64,000 nt of DNA from Octopus sinensis (Eukaryota). Of the stretch, positions 32,401 through 44,997 are shown piece after piece (the stretch's first letter is position 1; every line of letters starts with the position of its first letter). The position numbers and the translations under genes were made by a program. Location: positions 140,433 to 204,432 of the forward strand of contig NW_021835962.1 in the NCBI RefSeq assembly GCF_006345805.1, in the 5' to 3' direction. The notes below the pieces were generated by a model, which ran no database searches, was not told the DNA's origin, and was given only the letters and a program-made list of their open reading frames with translations.

Positions 32401-35400
32401 TCATGTGAGTCGAGGACTTTCTTGTTGTTCATTTTAACAAAAACGCAGAAAATAATTTTTTTAATTTTTTGGCTTGAAGGTTTTGGGGGACCACATCATG
32501 TGAGTCGAGGACTTTCTTGTTGTTCATTTTAACAAAAACGCAGAAAATAATTTTTTTAATTTTTTAGCTTGAAGGTTTTGGGGGACCACATCATGTGAGT
32601 CGAGGACTTTCTTGTTGTTCATTTTAACAAAAACGCAGAAAATAATTTTTTTTAATTTTTTGGCTTGAAGGTTTTGGGGGACCACATCATGTGAGTCGAG
32701 GACTTTCTTGTTGTTCATTTTAACAAAAACGCAGAAAATAATTTTTTTTAATTTTTTGGCTTGAAGGTTTTGGGGGACCACATCATGTGAGTCGAGGACT
32801 TTCTTGTTGTTCATTTTAACAAAAACGCAGAAAATAATTTTTTTAATTTTTTGGCTTGAAGGTTTTGGGGGACCACATCATGTGAGTCGAGGACTTTCTT
32901 GTTGTTCATTTTAACAAAAACGCAGAAAATAATTTTTTTTAATTTTTTGGCTTGAAGGTTTTGGGGGACCACATCATGTGAGTCGAGGACTTTCTTGTTG
33001 TTCATTTTAACAAAAACGCAGAAAATTTTTTTTAATTTTTGGGCTTGAAGGTTTTGGGGGACCACATCATGTGAGTCGAGGACTTTCTTGTTGTTCATTT
33101 AACAAAAACGCAGAAAAAATTTTTTTTAATTTTTTGGCTTGAAGGTTTTGGGGGACCACATCATGTGAGTCGAGGACTTTCTTGTTGTTCATTTTAACAA
33201 AAACGCAGAAAATAATTTTTTTTAATTTTTTGGCTTGAAGGTTTTGGGGGACCACATCATGTGAGTCGAGGACTTTCTTGTTGTTCATTTTAACAAAAAC
33301 GCAGAAAATAATTTTTTTTAATTTTTTGGCTTGAAGGTTTTGGGGGACCACATCATGTGAGTCGAGGACTTTCTTGTTGTTCATTTTAACAAAAACGCAG
33401 AAAATAATTTTTTTAATTTTTTGGCTTGAAGGTTTTGGGGGACCACATCATGTGAGTCGAGGACTTTCTTGTTGTTCATTTTAACAAAAACGCAGAAAAT
33501 AATTTTTTTAATTTTTTAGCTTGAAGGTTTTGGGGGACCACATCATGTGAGTCGAGGACTTTCTTGTTGTTCATTTTAACAAAAACGCAGAAAATAATTT
33601 TTTTAATTTTTTAGCTTGAAGGTTTTGGGGGACCACATCATGTGAGTCGAGGACTTTCTTGTTGTTCATTTTAACAAAAACGCAGAAAATAATTTTTTTA
33701 ATTTTTTGGCTTGAAGGTTTTGGGGGACCACATCATGTGAGTCGAGGACTTTCTTGTTGTTCATTTTAACAAAAACGCAGAAAATAATTTTTTTTAATTT
33801 TTTGGCTTGAAGGTTTTGGGGGACCACATCATGTGAGTCGAGGACTTTCTTGTTGTTCATTTTAACAAAAACGCAGAAAATAATTTTTTTAATTTTTTAG
33901 CTTGAAGGTTTTGGGGGACCACATCATGTGAGTCGAGGACTTTCTTGTTGTTCATTTTAACAAAAACGCAGAAAATAATTTTTTTAATTTTTTGGCTTGA
34001 AGGTTTTGGGGGACCACATCATGTGAGTCGAGGACTTTCTTGTTGTTCATTTTAACAAAACGCAGAAAATAATTTTTTTTAATTTTTTGGCTTGAAGGTT
34101 TTGGGGGACCACATCATGTGAGTCGAGGACTTTCTTGTTGTTCATTTTAACAAAAACGCAGAAAATAATTTTTTTTAATTTTTGGCTTGAAGGTTTTGGG
34201 GGACCACATCATGTGAGTCGAGGACTTTCTTGTTGTTCATTTTAACAAAAACGCAGAAAATAATTTTTTTTAATTTTTTGGCTTGAAGGTTTTGGGGGAC
34301 CACATCATGTGAGTCGAGGACTTTCTTGTTGTTCATTTTAACAAAAACGCAGAAAATAATTTTTTTTAATTTTTTGGCTTGAAGGTTTTGGGGGACCACA
34401 TCATGTGAGTCGAGGACTTTCTTGTTGTTCATTTTAACAAAAACGCAGAAAATAATTTTTTTTAATTTTTTGGCTTGAAGGTTTTGGGGGACCACATCAT
34501 GTGAGTCGAGGACTTTCTTGTTGTTCATTTTAACAAAAACGCAGAAAATAATTTTTTTAATTTTTTAGCTTGAAGGTTTTGGGGGACCACATCATGTGAG
34601 TCGAGGACTTTCTTGTTGTTCATTTTAACAAAAACGCAGAAAATAATTTTTTTTAATTTTTTGGCTTGAAGGTTTTGGGGGACCACATCATGTGAGTCGA
34701 GGACTTTCTTGTTGTTCATTTTAACAAAAACGCAGAAAATAATTTTTTTAATTTTTTAGGCTTGAAGGTTTTGGGGGACCACATCATGTGAGTCGAGGAC
34801 TTTCTTGTTGTTCATTTTAACAAAAACGCAGAAAATAATTTTTTTAATTTTTTGGCTTGAAGGTTTTTGGGGACCACATCATGTGAGTCGAGGACTTTCT
34901 TGTTGTTCATTTAACAAAAACGCAGAAAATAATTTTTTTTAATTTTTTGGCTTGAAGGTTTTGGGGGACCACATCATGTGAGTCGAGGACTTTCTTGTTG
35001 TTCATTTTAACAAAAACGCAGAAAATAATTTTTTTAATTTTTTGGCTTGAAGGTTTTGGGGGACCACATCATGTGAGTCGAGGACTTTCTTGTTGTTCAT
35101 TTTAACAAAAACGCAGAAAATAATTTTTTTTAATTTTTTGGCTTGAAGGTTTTGGGGGACCACATCATGTGAGTCGAGGACTTTCTTGTTGTTCATTTTA
35201 ACAAAAACGCAGAAAATAATTTTTTTAATTTTTTGGCTTGAAGGTTTTGGGGGACCACATCATGTGAGTCGAGGACTTTCTTGTTGTTCATTTTAACAAA
35301 AACGCAGAAAATAATTTTTTTTAATTTTTTGGCTTGAAGGTTTTGGGGGACCACATCATGTGAGTCGAGGACTTTCTTGTTGTTCATTTTAACAAAAACG

Positions 35401-38400
35401 CAGAAAATAATTTTTTTAATTTTTTGGCTTGAAGGTTTTGGGGGACCACATCATGTGAGTCGAGGACTTTCTTGTTGTTCATTTTAACAAAAACGCAGAA
35501 AATAATTTTTTTAATTTTTTGCTTGAAGGTTTTGGGGGACCACATCATGTGAGTCGAGGACTTTCTTGTTGTTCATTTTAACAAAAACGCAGAAAATAAT
35601 TTTTTTTAATTTTTTGGCTTGAAGGTTTTGGGGGACCACATCATGTGAGTCGAGGACTTTCTTGTTGTTCATTTTAACAAAAACGCAGAAAATAATTTTT
35701 TTAATTTTTTGCTTGAAGGTTTTGGGGGACCACATCATGTGAGTCGAGGACTTTCTTGTTGTTCATTTTAACAAAAACGCAGAAAATAATTTTTTTAATT
35801 TTTTGGCTTGAAGGTTTTGGGGGACCACATCATGTGAGTCGAGGACTTTCTTGTTGTTCATTTTAACAAAAACGCAGAAAATAATTTTTTTAATTTTTTG
35901 GCTTGAAGGTTTTGGGGGACCACATCATGTGAGTCGAGGACTTTCTTGTTGTTCATTTTAACAAAAACGCAGAAAATAATTTTTTTTAATTTTTTGGCTT
36001 GAAGGTTTTGGGGGACCACATCATGTGAGTCGAGGACTTTCTTGTTGTTCATTTTAACAAAAACGCAGAAAATAATTTTTTTAATTTTTTGGCTTGAAGG
36101 TTTTGGGGGACCACATCATGTGAGTCGAGGACTTTCTTGTTGTTCATTTTAACAAAAACGCAGAAAATAATTTTTTTTAATTTTTTGGCTTGAAGGTTTT
36201 GGGGACCACATCATGTGAGTCGAGGACTTTCTTGTTGTTCATTTTAACAAAAACGCAGAAAATAATTTTTTTTAATTTTTTGGCTTGAAGGTTTTGGGGA
36301 CCACATCATGTGAGTCGAGGACTTTCTTGTTGTTCATTTTAACAAAAACGCAGAAAATAATTTTTTTAATTTTTTGGCTTGAAGGTTTTGGGGGACCACA
36401 TCATGTGAGTCGAGGACTTTCTTGTTGTTCATTTTAACAAAAACGCAGAAAATAATTTTTTTAATTTTTTGGCTTGAAGGTTTTGGGGGACCACATCATG
36501 TGAGTCGAGGACTTTCTTGTTGTTCATTTTAACAAAAACGCAGAAAATATTTTTTTTAATTTTTTGCTTGAAGGTTTTGGGGGACCACATCATGTGAGTC
36601 GAGGACTTTCTTGTTGTTCATTTTAACAAAAACGCAGAAAATAATTTTTTTTAATTTTTTGGCTTGAAGGTTTTGGGGGACCACATCATGTGAGTCGAGG
36701 ACTTTCTTGTTGTTCATTTTAACAAAAACGCAGAAAATAATTTTTTTTAATTTTTTGGCTTGAAGGTTTTGGGGGACCACATCATGTGAGTCGAGGACTT
36801 TCTTGTTGTTCATTTTAACAAAAACGCAGAAAATAATTTTTTTTAATTTTTTGGCTTGAAGGTTTTGGGGGACCACATCATGTGAGTCGAGGACTTTCTT
36901 GTTGTTCATTTTAACAAAAACGCAGAAAATAATTTTTTTAATTTTTTGGCTTGAAGGTTTTGGGGGACCACATCATGTGAGTCGAGGACTTTCTTGTTGT
37001 TCATTTTAACAAAAACGCAGAAAATAATTTTTTTAATTTTTTGGCTTGAAGGTTTTGGGGGACCACATCATGTGAGTCGAGGACTTTCTTGTTGTTCATT
37101 TTAACAAAAACGCAGAAAATAATTTTTTTAATTTTTTGGCTTGAAGGTTTTGGGGGACCACATCATGTGAGTCGAGGACTTTCTTGTTGTTCATTTTAAC
37201 AAAAACGCAGAAAATAATTTTTTTAATTTTTTGCTTGAAGGTTTTGGGGGACCACATCATGTGAGTCGAGGACTTTCTTGTTGTTCATTTTAACAAAAAC
37301 GCAGAAAATAATTTTTTTTAATTTTTTGGCTTGAAGGTTTTGGGGACCACATCATGTGAGTCGAGGACTTTCTTGTTGTTCATTTTAACAAAAACGCAGA
37401 AAATAATTTTTTTTAATTTTTTGGCTTGAAGGTTTTGGGGGACCACATCATGTGAGTCGAGGACTTTCTTGTTGTTCATTTTAACAAAAACGCAGAAAAT
37501 AATTTTTTTAATTTTTTGGCTTGAAGGTTTTGGGGGACCACATCATGTGAGTCGAGGACTTTCTTGTTGTTCATTTTAACAAAAACGCAGAAAATAATTT
37601 TTTTTAATTTTTTAGCTTGAAGGTTTTGGGGGACCACATCATGTGAGTCGAGGACTTTCTTGTTGTTCATTTTAACAAAAACGCAGAAAATAATTTTTTT
37701 TAATTTTTTAGCTTGAAGGTTTTGGGGGACCACATCATGTGAGTCGAGGACTTTCTTGTTGTTCATTTTAACAAAAACGCAGAAAATAATTTTTTTTAAT
37801 TTTTTGGCTTGAAGGTTTTGGGGGACCACATCATGTGAGTCGAGGACTTTCTTGTTGTTCATTTTAACAAAAACGCAGAAAATAATTTTTTTAATTTTTT
37901 GGCTTGAAGGTTTTGGGGGACCACATCATGTGAGTCGAGGACTTTCTTGTTGTTCATTTTAACAAAAACGCAGAAAATAATTTTTTTAATTTTTTGGCTT
38001 GAAGGTTTTGGGGGACCACATCATGTGAGTCGAGGACTTTCTTGTTGTTCATTTTAACAAAAACGCAGAAAATAATTTTTTTAATTTTTTGGCTTGAAGG
38101 TTTTGGGGGACCACATCATGTGAGTCGAGGACTTTCTTGTTGTTCATTTTAACAAAAACGCAGAAAATAATTTTTTTTAATTTTTTGGCTTGAAGGTTTT
38201 GGGGGACCACATCATGTGAGTCGAGGACTTTCTTGTTGTTCATTTTAACAAAAACGCAGAAAATAATTTTTTTAATTTTTTGCTTGAAGGTTTTGGGGGA
38301 CCACATCATGTGAGTCGAGGACTTTCTTGTTGTTCATTTTAACAAAAACGCAGAAAATAATTTTTTTAATTTTTTGGCTTGAAGGTTTTGGGGGACCACA

Positions 38401-41400
38401 TCATGTGAGTCGAGGACTTTCTTGTTGTTCATTTTAACAAAAACGCAGAAAATAATTTTTTTTAATTTTTGGCTTGAAGGTTTTGGGGGACCACATCATG
38501 TGAGTCGAGGACTTTCTTGTTGTTTATTTTAACAAAAACGCAGAAAATAATTTTTTTAATTTTTTGGCTTGAAGGTTTTGGGGGACCACATCATGTGAGT
38601 CGAGGACTTTCTTGTTGTTCATTTTAACAAAAACGCAGAAAATAATTTTTTTAATTTTTTGGCTTGAAGGTTTTGGGGGACCACATCATGTGAGTCGAGG
38701 ACTTTCTTGTTGTTCATTTTAACAAAAACGCAGAAAATAATTTTTTTAATTTTTTAGCTTGAAGGTTTTGGGGGACCACATCATGTGAGTCGAGGACTTT
38801 CTTGTTGTTCATTTTAACAAAAACGCAGAAATAATTTTTTTTTAATTTTTTGGCTTGAAGGTTTTGGGGACCACATCATGTGAGTCGAGGACTTTCTTGT
38901 TGTTCATTTTAACAAAAACGCAGAAAATAATTTTTTTAATTTTTGCTTGAAGGTTTTGGGGGACCACATCATGTGAGTCGAGGACTTTCTTGTTGTTCAT
39001 TTTAACAAAAACGCAGAAAATAATTTTTTTTAATTTTTTGCTTGAAGGTTTTGGGGGACCACATCATGTGAGTCGAGGACTTTCTTGTTGTTCATTTTAA
39101 CAAAAACGCAGAAAATAATTTTTTTAATTTTTTGGCTTGAAGGTTTTGGGGGACCACATCATGTGAGTCGAGGACTTTCTTGTTGTTCATTTTAACAAAA
39201 ACGCAGAAAATAATTTTTTTAATTTTTTGGCTTGAAGGTTTTGGGGGACCACATCATGTGAGTCGAGGACTTTCTTGTTGTTCATTTTAACAAAAACGCA
39301 GAAAATAATTTTTTTAATTTTTTGGCTTGAAGGTTTTGGGGGACCACATCATGTGAGTCGAGGACTTTCTTGTTGTTCATTTTAACAAAAACGCAGAAAA
39401 TAATTTTTTTAATTTTTTTTGAAGGTTTTGGGGGACCACATCATGTGAGTCGAGGACTTTCTTGTTGTTCATTTTAACAAAAACGCAGAAAATAATTTTT
39501 TTAATTTTTTACTTGAAGGTTTTGGGGGACCACATCATGTGAGTCGAGGACTTTCTTGTTGTTCATTTTAACAAAAACGCAGAAAATAATTTTTTTAATT
39601 TTTTAGCTTGAAGGTTTTGGGGGACCACATCATGTGAGTCGAGGACTTTCTTGTTGTTCATTTTAACAAAACGCAGAAAATAATTTTTTTAATTTTTTAG
39701 CTTGAAGGTTTTGGGGGACCACATCATGTGAGTCGAGGACTTTCTTGTTGTTCATTTTAACAAAACGCAGAAAATAATTTTTTTTAATTTTTTAGCTTGA
39801 AGGTTTTGGGGGACCACATCATGTGAGTCGAGGACTTTCTTGTTGTTCATTTTAACAAAAACGCAGAAAATAATTTTTTTTAATTTTTTGGCTTGAAGGT
39901 TTTGGGGGACCACATCATGTGAGTCGAGGACTTTCTTGTTGTTCATTTTAACAAAAACGCAGAAAATAATTTTTTTAATTTTTTGGCTTGAAGGTTTTGG
40001 GGGACCACATCATGTGAGTCGAGGACTTTCTTGTTGTTCATTTTAACAAAAACGCAGAAAATAATTTTTTTAATTTTTTGGCTTGAAGGTTTTGGGGGAC
40101 CACATCATGTGAGTCGAGGACTTTCTTGTTGTTCATTTTAACAAAAACGCAGAAAATAATTTTTTTAATTTTTTGGCTTGAAGGTTTTGGGGGACCACAT
40201 CATGTGAGTCGAGGACTTTCTTGTTGTTCATTTTAACAAAAACGCAGAAAATAATTTTTTTTAATTTTTTGGCTTGAAGGTTTTGGGGGACCACATCATG
40301 TGAGTCGAGGACTTTCTTGTTGTTCATTTTAACAAAAACGCAGAAAATAATTTTTTTAATTTTTTGGCTTGAAGGTTTTGGGGGACCACATCATGTGAGT
40401 CGAGGACTTTCTTGTTGTTCATTTTAACAAAAACGCAGAAAATAATTTTTTTTAATTTTTTGGCTTGAAGGTTTTGGGGGACCACATCATGTGAGTCGAG
40501 GACTTTCTTGTTGTTCATTTTAACAAAAACGCAGAAAATAATTTTTTTAATTTTTTGGCTTGAAGGTTTTGGGGGACCACATCATGTGAGTCGAGGACTT
40601 TCTTGTTGTTCATTTTAACAAAAACGCAGAAAATAATTTTTTTTAATTTTTAGCTTGAAGGTTTTTGGGGGACCACATCATGTGAGTCGAGGACTTTCTT
40701 GTTGTTCATTTTAACAAAAACGCAGAAAATAATTTTTTTTTAATTTTTTGGCTTGAAGGTTTGGGGGACCACATCATGTGAGTCGAGGACTTTCTTGTTG
40801 TTCATTTTAACAAAAACGCAGAAAATAATTTTTTTTAATTTTTTGGCTTGAAGGTTTTGGGGGACCACATCATGTGAGTCGAGGACTTTCTTGTTGTTCA
40901 TTTTAACAAAAACGCAGAAAATAATTTTTTTTAATTTTTTGGCTTGAAGGTTTTGGGGGACCACATCATGTGAGTCGAGGACTTTCTTGTTGTTCATTTT
41001 AACAAAAACGCAGAAAATAATTTTTTTAATTTTTTGGCTTGAAGGTTTTGGGGGACCACATCATGTGAGTCGAGGACTTTCTTGTTGTTCATTTTAACAA
41101 AAACGCAGAAAATAATTTTTTTTAATTTTTTGGCTTGAAGGTTTTGGGGGACCACATCATGTGAGTCGAGGACTTTCTTGTTGTTCATTTTAACAAAAAC
41201 GCAGAAATAATTTTTTTAATTTTTTGGCTTGAAGGTTTTGGGGGACCACATCATGTGAGTCGAGGACTTTCTTGTTGTTCATTTTAACAAAAACGCAGAA
41301 AATAATTTTTTTTAATTTTTTGCTTGAAGGTTTTGGGGGACCACATCATGTGAGTCGAGGACTTTCTTGTTGTTTATTTTTAACAAAAACGCAGAAAATA

Positions 41401-42363
41401 ATTTTTTAATTTTTTGGCTTGAAGGTTTTGGGGACCACATCATGTGAGTCGAGGACTTTCTTGTTGTTCATTTTAACAAAAACGCAGAAAATATTTTTTA
41501 ATTTTTAGCTTGAAGGTTTTGGGGGACCACATCATGTGAGTCGAGGACTTTCTTGTTGTTCATTTTAACAAAAACGCAGAAAATAATTTTTTTTAATTTT
41601 TTTAGCTTGAAGGTTTTGGGGGACCACATCATGTGAGTCGAGGACTTTCTTGTTGTTCATTTTAACAAAAACGCAGAAAATAATTTTTTTTAATTTTTTA
41701 CCTTGAAGGTTTTGGGGGACCACATCATGTGAGTCGAGGACTTTCTTGTTGTTCATTTTAACAAAAACGCAGAAAATAATTTTTTAATTTTTTAGCTTGA
41801 AGGTTTTGGGGGACCACATCATGTGAGTCGAGGACTTTCGTTGTTTATTTTAACAACAAAACGCAGAAAATAATTTTTTTTAATTTTTTTAGCTTGAAGG
41901 TTTGGGGGACCACATCATGTGAGTCGAGGACTTTCTTGTTGTTCATTTTAAAAAAACGCAGAAAATAATTTTTTTAATTTTTTAGCTTGAAGGTTTTGGG
42001 GGGACCACATCATGTGAGTCGAGGACTTTCTTGTTGTTCATTAACAAAAACGCAGAAAATAATTTTTTTAATTTTTTGGCTTGAAGGTTTTGGGGGACCA
42101 CATCATGTGAGTCGAGGACTTTCTTGTTGTTTCATTTTAACAAAACGCAGAAAAAATTTTTTTAATTTTTTAGCTTGAAGGTTTTGGGGGACCACATCAT
42201 GTGAGTCGAGGACTTTCTTGTTGTTTATTTTACAAAACGCAGAAAATAATTTTTTTAATTTTTTAGCTTGAAGGTTTTGGGGGACCACATCATGTGAGTC
42301 GAGGACTTTCTTGTTGTTCATTTTAACAAAAACGCAGAAAAATAATTTTTTTAATTTTTTAGC
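29425..42363. repeat. 95/96-bp satellite, array A (~135 monomers)
   Basis: Monomer GCTTGAAGGTTTTGGGGGACCACATCATGTGAGTCGAGGACTTTCTTGTTGTTCATTTTAACAAAAACGCAGAAAATAA(T7-8)AA(T6)G repeated head-to-tail; highly homogeneous. Confidence 0.99.
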
Positions 42364-44997
42364 AGCGAAGTCTCACATATTGATTATCAATGACTAAGCT
42401 GAAGGAAGCTACGAGGGTGGAATTCGAAAGGCTATAAGTCATTAATATACCATGGAAAATAAACTCAGTGGCGGGGACAGGAACCTCAGTCTACTACAGG
42501 GCGAACCTTAAGGTAAGAACATCAGAATTGTGGAGGAGTCACTCTGTGAACTTATTGTGCTCGAGCTGCACACGACTGCTGGCTGGCTAACCGTCGGGGG
42601 AATGTACTCAAAGTCGCTAAGGGCGCTATTCAAACGTTATTGGGACGTTCTTTGAGGAAAATGCCGTCAATCCTAGCAGGAGATCTTAATGCCAAAATGT
42701 GAGTTATGGATGTGAAACTACGAATATGGATGGAACTGTCCTTGAGGACTTGGCCAGTAGCTTGGGTTTTTCGGTCTTTACATCGGAAGAACTGAATCAT
42801 TATGCAGACAGAGGCAGGGCTGATCGCTTGGGTCTCTTTCTATGCTCGGCATCAATTAGTCCTTTATGTTTACATACCGAGGTTGGAAGCGGACATTGGC
42901 TCTGACCACGTGCCGCAAACGATGTTGATAAAGATGACTATGAATGTTACGGAGGACTTGTTCATTGGTTACAACCTCGTGAACATGAACTGGAGTTTAT
43001 TCGAATCATATATGCGGGATTCTCTTCGAAATGTCGTGTCCAGCCTCTGAGAAGCAGAGATGATATTGACAATCTCGATGATCACCTTAGATCGTCAATC
43101 ATAAAATTCCTGGATGTTTATGCATTAAAAAATGTATGGAAACCCAAAGGAACGCAAAAGCGGATGAATTCGAAACTTGTCACTCTGATCAGAACGAAAG
43201 TACCCTGGAAAATCGCAGGAGAAGATGTCGGGTTGAGTCAATCAAATGCCGCCTGAAATTGGAGATCGACAAGATAAAATTTACTATTGCAAAAATGGCC
43301 AAGACTGAGGTCGAAAGTAAATGGAGGTCTGAATGCAGAAAACTGGATAAGCGAAACCCTAATTTCTGGAAAGCATATCAACGCCTTACCAGAAATGATG
43401 CCAAAGGATTTGAAATTTCACTAAAAGAACCAGACGGGAAATATATCTCCTCTGATCGTATCCCGGAAGTACTCAGGAACCAACTGAGTCAGGTTCAAGA
43501 GGTCGAATCTACCGTTCCACGAGGGACTTATGACCGAATTGTGAAGAAGCTTGGCTCTTCGCAATTATCGGAGGGACCATTATGTGGGGCGATAACACAG
43601 GAAGAGGTTGAAAGGGCAATTGCTGGGTTGAAGAACAAGGCGCCTGGCTTCGACTACATCCCTCCGAAGTTGTTAAAGAAGGCCCCTGAAATCTTGATAC
43701 GAGCATTGACTATGTTGTTTCACGCCAGCTGGACGTTCGGACACCTTCCATCGGCGTGGAAGCATACGATTGTTCGAATGATTCCAAAATCTGGTAAATC
43801 GACACTGCTGGCACAGAACTACCGGCCAATTAGCCTCATTTGTGCTTTCTCTAAGACAATGGAAAAGATTGTCTTTAACAGACTCTCTGGTCATATAGAA
43901 TCACAAAATTTGCTTTTACCTGAACAATGGGGATTTCGTGGAGGAAGATCCACAGGGGACTGCCTCAGGGAGTTAGAGCACCAATTATCCCGTGCTGACA
44001 GAAATGAAGCATGGCTAACTGTGGTGTGTCTGGATCTGGCCAAAGCCTTCGATAGCGTGTGGCACCTGGGCCTACTCTCCAGAATCCATGACATCGGAGC
44101 CGGGATAAAGACCTATCGATGGCTGGAGAGCTTCTTGTCAGGAAGACAATCATTTGTCCGCTGTGGAAACCGCCTATCGGGGTGTGTGGAACTTAGAAGG
44201 GGAGTCCCGCAGGGATCTATCTTGAGTCCACTTCTGTTCAACCTCTTCTTGGCGGACATTCCTCTGCCGTCGACACGTACTGGCAAGCTCGTTATCTATG
44301 CTGACGATATCCTGGTCATGGATACCTCGAAAAGGATATCGCAGTCTTGGAGACGACTGAAATCATACATTGCAACGCTAAAGATGTGGACTATAGAGAA
44401 GGGTTTGACCCTAGCACCGGAGAAGAGCACCATTTCATGGTTGCGGAGAGGGAGTCGCTATGCGGAGTCTTGTGCATATGCGATGAGTAGCTATGTGATG
44501 GATCTCTCGAAAAGAAAAAATCTTTCTTACCTGGGAGCAACCATTAACTGTCGTGGCTCGTACGTAGAGCATATAGCAAATCAGAGAAAGAGGAGTGTGA
44601 GGATCCTCAAAAGCTTAACCAGGTTCCATCTGGATCCGGAAACGTACATCTACGTATACAAAACGTGTGTGCAGCCAGTCCTCACATATGGCTACGAGGG
44701 CTGGTACGGTACGGAGGAGAGTGACTACCTGATCGAACAGTTGGAAAGACAAGACGTTTCGCTATGAAATTGGCTTACGGAGTACAACTTGACGGAAGGC
44801 TAAAAGACTCACAAGAATCCTCTGTGCCCACGATCCGGATGGTCTTGGAGAATTGTCGTCAAACATGACTAGTATTGGGGATACGCATGGAAAGAGACAC
44901 TTCGGTGCCTTGTTTTTATCTCCCCGCCGATGTTTTTCTTCCTTGTTTTTCTTTTTCTTTTCGCTCAATAAACACTATTCTATTCTATTCTTCTATA
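42364..44997 (+). mobile_element. I/Jockey-group LINE, copy 1, 5'-truncated within the APE domain
   Basis: Near-identical to 56216-58841. RT motifs NYRPISL, DLAKAFDSVWH, GVPQGSILSPLLFN and YADD. 3' end aataaac(ctatt)n. Flanks ttttttagc / tttttac suggest an ~8-bp imperfect TSD. Confidence 0.95.

Noticed and set aside
44965-44997. (CTATT)n as a telomeric repeat
   Set aside because: Only 3-4 units, directly after aataaa at the 3' end of both LINE copies; it is a LINE tail.
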